A stretch of DNA of 64,000 nucleotides from Pontiella sp. (lineage in GTDB: Bacteria; Verrucomicrobiota; Kiritimatiellia; Kiritimatiellales; Pontiellaceae). The DNA lies in NCBI GenBank assembly GCA_050290185.1, contig JBNKHE010000002.1, positions 256,001 through 320,000 on the forward strand, read 5' to 3'. Under the pieces are notes generated by a model, which worked only from the letters and a program-made list of their open reading frames with translations, searched no databases and was not told the DNA's origin. A program made the translations under genes and the position numbers. This document shows positions 14,501 through 22,900 of this stretch, in pieces; positions within the stretch are counted from its first letter, which is position 1; the number at the start of each line of letters is the position of its first letter.

Positions 14501-14769
14501 ACTCCGCTACTGCTGACGATGGCCTGGTTATGGGTCGAGCTAGCCGTGTTGCCCAAATAACCGACCTGACTGTTCACCACCCCGCCGTCGACAACCTCCA
14601 ACGTGTTGCTACCCGAATTGGAGCCGACCATCAACCACGGTAGCGGCACATTCCACTGATTGGTTACCGTCTCCGTCGATCCTCCCTCGATTGGGTTCGA
14701 ATAGCCGAATGCAGATGCGCATGCAAAGAGCACAGCACATGGGATTGCGAGTTTATCTTTTCCTATCAT
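8548..14769 (-). CDS. Autotransporter (type Va) adhesin-like protein with many ~44-aa beta-helix repeats
   Basis: Signal peptide; repeated W-x-N...VG..G..N.L.I..GG.V units; C-terminal beta-barrel ending in YEF. Confidence 0.9.
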   Translation of the reverse strand: MIGKDKLAIPCAVLFACASAFGYSNPIEGGSTETVTNQWNVPLPWLMVGSNSGSNTLEVVDGGVVNSQVGYLGNTASSTHNQAIVSSSGVWSNSIELSVGYQGASNSLTVADGGTVATPNAYIGNNSDGNQATVTGNGSVLSASRLDVGHQGSSNGLLVASDGAVESDTGTIGYWIGSDGNIATVQSNGTWNSSMEINVGEYGSGNQLVVGDDGMVDTPVVNVGVQSISSSNTVTVSGSGALLESPELYIGGSSAGTGGTGNRVEVENGGTVAAIDLNIYSGNSFDLNDGGRLFVNTNFNASMSGFNFNTGGTLEVGGELTGMGSIIKDQRTVILNGSAALWNNGFYNLLVDDNGSTLILARGARLKSGAVSVSDGGLIHVTGVGSTANMADVRVDGKDSRLVIDDGGLVIGGNGYVGSSTESGSSSFVQGAGSAWSNKYELYVGCFGDDNLLEVSDGGRVYNRNSYIGKGPNATGNAVTISGEGSQWVNRGILMLGEHGSYNSLSAVDGGCMEDESGYIGYASGADNNSAVVSGNGSIWRNTEGLYLGGHYSGTNWIDGGTGNSLMVEKGGKVLVGNGDTSGLSSYANSGVLLVGDAGGTPEMFVANGSIVADDYGFIGWGENNSGSVTVSGFNSVWDNSRSFIVGAKGSGNRLLVEDGARVEDQSAFIGSASSAVNNSVRVAGDNSIWVSSDALVVGDSGSSNRLTIADGGRVENSYGTIGFSAGANHNSVLVTGINSVWANAGELRVGLTGSNNDLSIADGGRVENNFGYIGYNAASGNNSVLVTGSNSVWVNSYDLSVGRDGSSNSLAIVDGGHVENATGYIGRSAGSDHNSVLVNGNRSVWTNSGALYIGTDGSGNSMSIEDGGRVEDYAGYIGDDAASGNNSALVTGTNSVWHNRAELMVGLGGSGNSLRIEGGGRVENTRGYIGYSSSSDNNSALVTGANSVWENSDGLYIGSYGAGNSLVIAGGGVVESAETIIGGTSFSNTVLVSGVGSVLNNDELYVGNNGAGNSLTVENGGAVVSSNSYIGFASSASDNQVAVSGGRWINSGSLVVGFDGSNNGLAITNSGFVQSDNGYIGYEDMAAGNLVSVSGSGSEWENTGPLYVGYNGARNALRIGDGGQVFSMGGAIGYGETANSNRVVITGEGTSWVQGLTAERLESAVQSGLVLSEGKYLLVGGDGSSGELVIADGASANLTSIEDATSIYSDLVVGYMGSDNILEMESGGLATNYNGIIGETSYAGDNKVAVSGSGSEWINLGDLTVGNLGSRNTLAITNLGYVENATGYIGVDAMAVENTVIVDGPGSYWLNKGGLQVGFAGSNNSLIITNGAVAQTLGGASIGHEVGAVGNRVVVSGRDSAWGVGVVVPRRIVLHPIYPPFPGSGSGGSSSGSVIVVGRAPILGTPANSTNGNTIIVGNAGSITSGGSGLMISDSNQINISDGTVVMGGSNFIYTNPVSSIAISNGNYNPVTQYMLEGSLGDLAVGYAGSFNTLDIEDGALVSGWNVVIGETSNAWSNAVSVVGSNSELNVYRDLSLGGRMSLLYYMTAEGWKNDWSAGGQGNSLYVADGGLVSVGEDMHNRNYSTVSLDPGGRINVASNYYQDATSMLRFGVDTNSAGAPVNALVSVGGTAVFEEGAQIEYASNVGELQFGRFYTNKLIEADALVVAGIDNPDSLDLEKLDASGSLVDVIFWENDQRIYALAGRKYLADSAGFANGTMMARLSKEIDDMSLLGDDNANNMINLLNTLPGDEQNAQLRQQYERGAPSFLHVQGMAEGLGELTKHTSRRPAEMPEGAAGPHRADQGMRGWVKPYGSWADHSAHGGFAGYNHNIYGTLVGVDWLRDDVLLGFAGGYARSVINQDDGDDSVAKTGYGVGYVSFGTGNWFGDINLAIGRSSIKDESGTMFGTHSDHKASNYALYLGGGREIRSRNGRVILTPEGSVLMSDYIQNAYTEGGMLPREVHAYERTSIASSLGATLAVQQEFDIMILKPEVRAHWLHEFDTDTESASYSLVGGTGEYHYSMPAAEENMLEAGAGLTAQFHDELSLGLDVDWRFGKDYDAYTVSGRMVYEF

Positions 14770-14823
14770 CTCATTTCCCCCTTGAGGATATTCGCCTAAA
14801 TGTTTTCTTCGTCCTTAATTCAT

Positions 14824-17800
14824 TTATTTGAGCTCAACGCCCACCTTGTAGAACCCGCTCTGTTCCACTCGTTCCACCTGATCCGTATAGCTGTTTTGCG
14901 GATAACAAATATTCGTTCCAAGCAATTGAAATGGTGCCGCCAGCGATGGAGCCCAATAAACACTGTAAACACGTCCGGTTACGGAATCCCAATAGATCAC
15001 CATCCGGCCATCGGACAGCGGAACTGCATCGTACATAGCAAAACAGGAATCCGCGGACGTTGGATCGGTACCGGCAATGTACTCATCGATGTTACACACC
15101 CCATCCATGTCGCTGTCCGCATCTTCCGACATTACAGCATTCGGGAAATGCTGTTCCTGCCATTCGGCAAATTCAGGACTCAGAGTCTCCAGCAGCGACG
15201 CGGCCGGCAGCGGCATGATTCCAGAGGTCTCCAGTGAATGCAGTGTTGCCTCGGTGGTATTAAACAGCACCAGCTTAGATTGATCGCCCGAGAACGCCAT
15301 GGCCCGCGAATAAAATGGCAACTCATATACCTCGGCCCCACTGACACCGTCATAGATTCTGGTTTCCGTAACAACGAGGTCTCCATAAGCCGATATAGCA
15401 AAAAACTCCTCATACATCCCGATGCCGAGATTGAGTACCTCATTTAGATTTTCATCATAGATAATGCCGCCCGCGCAAATGCGCGATCCATCGACGCTAA
15501 TTAAAAGATTCCATGCTCCACCGATACTTTTGCGCACCACTTCACTGAATCCACCGCCTGAAACATCATACTTGATAAGCTCATTAGGAGACCAATCTGA
15601 GCAGTGATAGTAGGAAAGCCCATCAAGTGTACACGCTCCATCACCCGCATGGGCAGTGGCAGAACCCAGCTCCACACTGTTGCTCGTACTGAACGCGCTC
15701 AGACGTGAAGAAGAGTAATACTGATTTTCGGTATATACGTGCCCGGCGCGACCTGCAACGATGTGAAAGACATCATTTCGAAGCAACAATGAGTCAAGTT
15801 CCCGTTTGGATGTGCGGTCAAAAACTCGAGTTTCTTCGTACCTATAGTTCGTCACATAGATGCGGTCGTCCTGGTAATGCACTGCCAGATCGGTTCCATT
15901 CGTGCCTGCATCTAGAACCAGTTCAATGCTGTCATTCTGTGTATTATACCAAATTAGTTTCGATCTTCCTGCCGCTCCATTTGAGTCATCTGTGTGCAAC
16001 ATGTACACGTATGGTTTCCCCCAATCGGCCTCCATTTTCACAATGTGCATTTTTTCCACAGAGAGCTTAACCGGAACGGAGAACGACCCGTTTACATCTT
16101 TAAACACCAAATCAGCATCATGGTTCCCCTCGGTAAGACCGGATAGATCCAAACCAAACTCCAGCACATCTGAAGCAATCCCGTTTGTGGCTCCCAGCAC
16201 AACCCAGTCGTTGGTGCAGGATACCGACCATGGCACCGGAGTACCGACCGTACTGTTGATGGCCATATGAACGGTCTGCGTGTAGGTCGCGGCGAGCCCC
16301 TCTACCTCCAGTTCGGAAGGATCAACGACGATCGATGCTGTTTTGAAACTCCAGAGATCACCTTGCTTAAGTTCTCCACTATGGGTGATGGCATCCACAC
16401 GCCAGTAATAGGTTTGGTTCCCGAGCAGTCTGTCCTCAAACAGAGGAACTTTTGTCATTTCGTATCGGCCAAGGTATTCCGCGCTGTCCGAATCAGCCCT
16501 CACCACGGCATTTGAATCGGTTCCAATGTATACGTCGTAAGCGGCTCCACTTACTGCCAGTGTCCATGATATTTCGGACAGGCTGACAGGGCACACTTCT
16601 CCCACACCGGGAGTCGGCATGATGTCTGCCGGGGGAAGCAGCCTGATGGAAACGGTATCCATCGCGCTCAGTGTTGCATCATCCGCATTAAACAACACCA
16701 GTTTTGACTGATCGCCCGAAAACGCCATCACCGTCGAAGAAAACGGCAGGGTGTAGACCTCCTCTCCCGTCACGCCGTCATAAGCCGCGGAATAGGTGAC
16801 CACCATATCGCCATACGCCGAGGCGGCATAGATCTCGGATCCGATATCAAGCAGCTCATTGAGATCCGCATCGAAAACCTTCTTGCCGGAAAAAACACGG
16901 GATCCGTCGAAACTGAGTAACATGACTTTGGAACCGTCGATGTAAACCAGTTTTTCGATGGAGAAGGTATCCCCGGAGACATCGTACTTAATGATCTTAT
17001 CAGCCGTAGTATAACGCTCACAGTGATAAAGATACCGCCCATCAAGTGTGCATTCCGCGTCTCCCTGATAAATGGAATCGGAACTAGCGATACGGGTGCC
17101 CGTGGCTGTGTCATACACAGAATTATATCGAGGATAACTGTATCTTGTTGTATACAACCGCCCGGCTCTTCCCGCATTAATGCGATAAACATCATTATCC
17201 AGCAAAAGCGGTTCGAGTTCCTGTTTTGAATCACGATCGAAAACACGGGATTCCTCTCGATCCAGATTGCTCACATAGATGCGATCTTCGCCGTAGTGAA
17301 CTGTAAGGTCAGTTGCATTTTCGCCGACATTCAACACCTGCTCAATCGTATCGGTATCGGTGTTGTACCAGATCAACCGGGACTTGGTTGGTGCTCCGGA
17401 TGGATCATGAATCATATAAATATAGGGAAGCGTCCAATCCGCCGCCATCTTTACAATTTCCATGCGTTCCACCGATACGGAAACCGGTACCGCTAGCGTC
17501 AAGTCCCCGTCGCTGAAGAGCAGTTCCGAGGCATGGGTGCCGGCTGCAAGAGAGGAGATATCGACACGGAAATCCAGCGACGCAGGTGTTGCGCCGTTCG
17601 TATTTCCCAATAACACCCAGTCATCTCGGCAGCTCACCGTCCAGTTGATCGGCCCGCCTGTCCCGCTGTCAATAGCCACCGAGACTGATTGGGTATAGGA
17701 GGCCTCAACGCCTTCGATGACCACTTCGGGCGGGTCAACAACAAATGAGGTCGTGCGGAAACTCCAGACATCCCCCGCCGAAAGAGCCTCTCCGAACCCG

Positions 17801-19902
17801 ATCGTATCCACGCGCCAGTAATAGGTGGTATTCCCTGCCAACATCCCTTCCTCCAGCGCATAACCGGGCTCGGTCCGACGGCCAAGATAAACTCCGCTGG
17901 TTCTATCGGCATTGGCAACGACATTGGAATCGGTTCCCAGATAAAGGTCATAATACAGCACCACGGGGCCGGCCGACCACATCAGCTCCGGAAGGTTAAT
18001 ACCGACCACTTCTCCATCACGCAGACTGGGAAGCACACCGGGCCTCGGTAATCCGCCGCCAATTGTATCCAGCGGGATAGATTGCAACCCAGCAGTGCTG
18101 GGTTCGAAGCGCAACAGTTTGGATTGATCCTTCGAAAAGGCGGAATATTTACTCGTATAAAGTAGTTCCATAACAGATTCACCGCTCTCGACATTGATGA
18201 TATCCTTTTCCGTTACTGCATACTGGCCATAGAACGACGAGGCGTAGACCTCCTTATCATACCCATGAAAGGCGATTTCTTTGAGATCCGCCGCCTGCCA
18301 AACGGCGCCTATGTTAAAAATGCGCGATCCATCACCGGATAGGACGATATTGGCCGATCCAAAGTTGTGGGTATCAACGCTGACGAGCTTATTGAACGTG
18401 TCTTCCGTGACATCGTACTTGGTGAGCTTGGATCCGGTCGATCCGGAATCGGCCGTATAGTAATAACGACCGTCTGGAGAGCAAGTGCCCCCGCCTTTGC
18501 TGTGGTATATGGATTTCAATAGTTCCTGGGATTCCGTATCCCAAATCTCAAAATAAGTACTATAGTACTCATCGCCTCGCTTCGCATAGATTCTTCCGGG
18601 TTTCCCCGCACTGACGAGTCGAACGGAACTGTTCATTGACATGGGAACCAGCACATCCATTGTGGACCGGTCATAGATGACCGCCTGATCCGGTCGACTC
18701 ACGTAAATCAGGTTTTCGCCATAGTGCACGGTCAAGTCGGACGCGTAGTCCCCGGGATTCACAACCCGCCCAACCGCATCGAAATCCGTGTTATACCAAA
18801 TCAGTTTTGCCCCCGGATCATCAGACCACTGCGGATAATCCGGATCCGGATCCCGATGAAGCATGTAGATGTAGGGCATCTGCCAGTCGGTAACCATCAG
18901 CTTTAGCCGGAGCTTGAAAAGATCGAAATAGGACGACGCCCCGGTATGCCCCTGATTGTCGGAGACCTCCAGCCGTACATTGTTGACCGTCGCGCGATTA
19001 ACGGTCACCGCCCCCTGCCATTGACCGTTCACGAGAGAGATACCGGAACTCGGTGATACAGCCACTGAAGAACCGTTTGACAGTCGCGCGCTCAAGCTGA
19101 CAGCTCCCGAGTAGCTCTCGACCAGCTCTCCATCAATGTTTGCTGCCTCAATGGAAACCAGCAGGGGAACATTGCCCGGCAGGTCGCTCCCCGGGACGGA
19201 GACTGAAAACCCGCTAAACTCGTTGTCGCCGATCGCGATGGAATTCGTGCCGGTAGTGAAGCCGGGGAATTGTGCGGTAACGGTGGGATACTGCCGACCG
19301 TCGGTATCGCTGTCATCCACGACCGTTACGTTGAAAAAGGCATTGGACTGTCCTGCCGGAATGGTCACTGTCATGGGGATCGTAACTTCCGAGGTGTCCG
19401 TCGACTGCAGTAAAATGTGGAGGTCGGTGGCGGCAACGCCATCAAGATAAACCATTCCCGCGTTGGTCAAGGTGCCATGGCCCTCGAAGACGCCGTCCGG
19501 CAGATCTAGAAACAGGGCTTTCAATTCGTTGTCCTGTATGAAGACCGAAGCGCTGCTGCCGGCATATCCATCGGCACTTGCGGTGATGGTCGCGGTTTGG
19601 ATGCCATCCAGCAGGTTGTCGTCAACGACGGACAAACTGAAGGCCGCACTATTTGTGCCTGAGGGGATCGTGACCACCCCTCCAGTAACCTCTGCAGTAT
19701 TATCGGAAACCAGTTCAATCGTCAGATTGCTGGCAACCACCGATGAGACCGCAACCGTCCCCGTGACCTGGCCAGCGCCTTCGTCGATCAACTGCTCCAC
19801 CGACACGTTCAAGGCCGGCAATGCCCCTTGTGCGCATAAACTAATACCAAGAATCGCGGCGGCAAGAAAGCCTCCCGCACCATTCATCTGTGTTACATTC
19901 AT
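14824..19902 (-). CDS. Large secreted modular protein: Calx-beta/Ig-like domains, three beta-propeller (YVTN/YncE-like) modules with FN3- and BACON-like spacers, TSP3-like motif, C-terminal putative sorting domain
   Basis: Signal peptide; KM-x-x-DW...PY-x-YM...LIWYNT...DL-x-VHY occurs three times; TYYWRVD twice; DSDMDG...EYIAGTDP; ends GFYKVGVELK. Confidence 0.8.
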   Translation of the reverse strand: MNVTQMNGAGGFLAAAILGISLCAQGALPALNVSVEQLIDEGAGQVTGTVAVSSVVASNLTIELVSDNTAEVTGGVVTIPSGTNSAAFSLSVVDDNLLDGIQTATITASADGYAGSSASVFIQDNELKALFLDLPDGVFEGHGTLTNAGMVYLDGVAATDLHILLQSTDTSEVTIPMTVTIPAGQSNAFFNVTVVDDSDTDGRQYPTVTAQFPGFTTGTNSIAIGDNEFSGFSVSVPGSDLPGNVPLLVSIEAANIDGELVESYSGAVSLSARLSNGSSVAVSPSSGISLVNGQWQGAVTVNRATVNNVRLEVSDNQGHTGASSYFDLFKLRLKLMVTDWQMPYIYMLHRDPDPDYPQWSDDPGAKLIWYNTDFDAVGRVVNPGDYASDLTVHYGENLIYVSRPDQAVIYDRSTMDVLVPMSMNSSVRLVSAGKPGRIYAKRGDEYYSTYFEIWDTESQELLKSIYHSKGGGTCSPDGRYYYTADSGSTGSKLTKYDVTEDTFNKLVSVDTHNFGSANIVLSGDGSRIFNIGAVWQAADLKEIAFHGYDKEVYASSFYGQYAVTEKDIINVESGESVMELLYTSKYSAFSKDQSKLLRFEPSTAGLQSIPLDTIGGGLPRPGVLPSLRDGEVVGINLPELMWSAGPVVLYYDLYLGTDSNVVANADRTSGVYLGRRTEPGYALEEGMLAGNTTYYWRVDTIGFGEALSAGDVWSFRTTSFVVDPPEVVIEGVEASYTQSVSVAIDSGTGGPINWTVSCRDDWVLLGNTNGATPASLDFRVDISSLAAGTHASELLFSDGDLTLAVPVSVSVERMEIVKMAADWTLPYIYMIHDPSGAPTKSRLIWYNTDTDTIEQVLNVGENATDLTVHYGEDRIYVSNLDREESRVFDRDSKQELEPLLLDNDVYRINAGRAGRLYTTRYSYPRYNSVYDTATGTRIASSDSIYQGDAECTLDGRYLYHCERYTTADKIIKYDVSGDTFSIEKLVYIDGSKVMLLSFDGSRVFSGKKVFDADLNELLDIGSEIYAASAYGDMVVTYSAAYDGVTGEEVYTLPFSSTVMAFSGDQSKLVLFNADDATLSAMDTVSIRLLPPADIMPTPGVGEVCPVSLSEISWTLAVSGAAYDVYIGTDSNAVVRADSDSAEYLGRYEMTKVPLFEDRLLGNQTYYWRVDAITHSGELKQGDLWSFKTASIVVDPSELEVEGLAATYTQTVHMAINSTVGTPVPWSVSCTNDWVVLGATNGIASDVLEFGLDLSGLTEGNHDADLVFKDVNGSFSVPVKLSVEKMHIVKMEADWGKPYVYMLHTDDSNGAAGRSKLIWYNTQNDSIELVLDAGTNGTDLAVHYQDDRIYVTNYRYEETRVFDRTSKRELDSLLLRNDVFHIVAGRAGHVYTENQYYSSSRLSAFSTSNSVELGSATAHAGDGACTLDGLSYYHCSDWSPNELIKYDVSGGGFSEVVRKSIGGAWNLLISVDGSRICAGGIIYDENLNEVLNLGIGMYEEFFAISAYGDLVVTETRIYDGVSGAEVYELPFYSRAMAFSGDQSKLVLFNTTEATLHSLETSGIMPLPAASLLETLSPEFAEWQEQHFPNAVMSEDADSDMDGVCNIDEYIAGTDPTSADSCFAMYDAVPLSDGRMVIYWDSVTGRVYSVYWAPSLAAPFQLLGTNICYPQNSYTDQVERVEQSGFYKVGVELK

Positions 19903-19960
19903 TTCCTCTCCCCCTTGCTCGCCAGCTGCAGCACACCCCCATGATCAGGATCCCGACAGG

Positions 19961-22900
19961 CTATTGCATCTCTACCTCGACCTTGTAAAATCCGTTCTCT
20001 TCGGTCTGATGGACCGTATCGGTGTAGCTTCCCTGCGGATAAACCATGTTGGTTGCCATGGGCGTGAAGTCGTTGGTCAGCGACGGCTTCCAGTGGACGC
20101 TGTAGACGCGTCCTGTAACCGCATCCCAATAGATGATAAACTGGCTGTTCGTCGGGATGGAGGCATCGTTGATCATGAAATATGATGCGGCATTGGTCGG
20201 ATTCATGCCTGAGATAAACTCGTCATAGTCGGACTGTCCATCCCCGTCGGAATCTGCCGATGCACTGGCATTGGTCGAGCCGCCGAAATACAGCGCCTCC
20301 CACCAATCGGGAATTCCATCGTGATCACTATCCGCATCGACAAGCTCCGGCATCTGGGTCGACCAGACCCAATCGGACCATGGCCCGGCATAAACGGTCG
20401 ATGCGTGGGTGATCGATGCCCGAGCCCGGTAATAGTAGGTGACGTTGGTGGCCAATGTGCCGAAGGTATGGTTGGGTGCGCCGATCCAGCCCGACTGTTG
20501 CAGCGCGGAGGAATTGGTGGACTCGGCCACCTCGACTTCGTACTGCACGGGGCCGGCAACCGCGCTCCATGAAACCATGTTGGAGCTGCCGTATGTGAAC
20601 GCCGGCTCTGCATCCATTTCAGGTGCCGGCGGAAGCACCAGCATCGACAACGGAATCGTGTTGCTCGGAGCGGTCGGATCATTGCTCAGCAACGTCAGGA
20701 AACCGGGCACAAAAGGACCCGCCGTCATGCCGCTGGCGTCAAAGGTAACCGTGACCGTCTGGTTGCCGCCGGGAGGAATCACCCCAGCGGTCGCATCCGT
20801 GCCAACCCAGGATCCATCCGAAACATCGATTCCTAAATAGAGTGCGGCAATCGCCGCGGCCGACAATACGCTATCGTACAGACCGAGCTCATCCATGCTT
20901 CCATAGAAATAATCGCTGGTACTCTCGTAGGACCGCCGCCCGATGCACAGGGTTGCGGCCGGACCGGACTGCAGCGGCTGGCTGTACGACTTCGTATCAG
21001 CAAGCACTCCGTTGACATAGAACAGCACCTGCGATCCGTCGTAGGTCATTGCCACATGCGACCAGGCATTCGTGGGCAACGGATCCATTCCCGATGCTGT
21101 CACATGTGTATTGGCCGTGATGGACAGTCCGGAGTCGAAGGCCAAACGGCCATCGGTTGTGATCGTAAAGGCGTATCCATAGAAACTGAGCGCAGAAAGC
21201 TTGCGCATGATGGTGCGCATGCTTCCCGATCCGCCAGCCTTGGTTGCAAACTGCGAAGGATTGATCCAGCCGGACATTGAAATCTGATCAACAATATCCA
21301 CCGAACCGGTGCTTGCCGTGGTGCGGATATAAGTCCCCTCGTCAAACGCGTAGGCTGAGTCTGGGTTGCCATCCCGGTCATCCGTAAGCGTTGCTCCCTC
21401 AACAATGCCATCCGCTCCGTTACCGCTTGAATCGGTCGCGTCGCCATCAAAGGCATAGGCTGCAGCCGCGGGTGTGACCGTCGCTCCCGAACCGCCGCTT
21501 CCTGATGTTCCAGTATCTGCATAAAGCGCTTGGACCTCGGATTCCGACAACGCACGGCTGTATATGCGGATATCGTCAATCGCTCCGGTATAATAGTAAG
21601 TATTGTTTCGGGATCCGATTGTCGGCGTCACGCTGTTGAGAATGGTTCCGGTCAGCGAGTCGGCATATACCGACATACTCTCAGGATTTCCGTCTACATA
21701 CACACTTATTCCCGCCGCCGTCGACGATCCGTCGTATATAACCGCAATGTGGTGCCACTGGTCATCCCTTAGGCTCGTGGTTCCATCCACCCGGATCTTG
21801 TTGGAGGAATTCTGGTCGCTGATCCACTGCATACGGAGAATTCCGGCGTTTATCCCGATCATCAGCCCCCGGTAGGCCCCGGATGACTGCATCTTGGCGA
21901 TAATGTTGTTGCCGGTATCAGTTGCCGTGGTCTTGATCCAGAACGACTGGCTATAAGAATTGGTTCGCTCGACGTTCAGCACGGCTGACGGCAGGTCAAT
22001 GCGGTCATTCACACCATCAAAATAGTAGGCGCTGTCCACATCGCCGAAGCGGTTGGTAATCAATGTCGCATCTACAACCGTTCCGTCATAGCCATTGCCC
22101 GACGCATCGGCCGCATCGCCGTTGAAGGGGTAGCTGGCCACGAGTCCGGCATCCAGATCATTGGTATCCGCAGGATCGGGTTCATTGTAGAGATCCAGAA
22201 TATCTTGATCCGACAACGCATGGTCATAGATATGAATATCATCCACTACACCGGTGAAATAATTGATCAACGTCCCGTTGTTGATTTGAACACCAATATA
22301 AATAATTCCGGGGTCATTGACGATATTTCTAATCATCCCGCTTGCTGTACTTACTAACTGACCATCAACAAACACCTTGGTGGTACTACCCTGTCGCAAA
22401 CAGGAGATCATATGCCATCCCCCATCGGAGAGCCCAATCACATTTTGCTGATTCCATAAGTGTCCATATTGCGAATCATAGGTCGTAAAACTTGTTTTCT
22501 GTGAATCGTTAATCCTTAACCAATACGGACCATCACCCACCTTATACCGCTGGCATAGCATCTGTGTGGATGACGATGCGGTCTTAACCCACATGGAGTA
22601 GGTGAAATCATTGGTTCCGATAACGACAGCCGGCTGATCTTCAAGAATGAGGTAGTCGTTGCCATCCAGAAGATATGCACTATCCGGATTACCAAAACGG
22701 TCTTCCGTCAGCGTCGCACCGTAAACGGTCCCATCATTCCCATTGCCCGTCTCATCGATTGCATTGCCATTAAACGGATAACTCGCCACCAGTCCGGCAT
22801 CCAGATCATTGGTCACCGCGGGAATGCTTTCGTTGACCAACTCCTGAATTTCTGATTCCGACAAGACGCGATTGTAGATGCGGACCTCATCCATCTGTCC

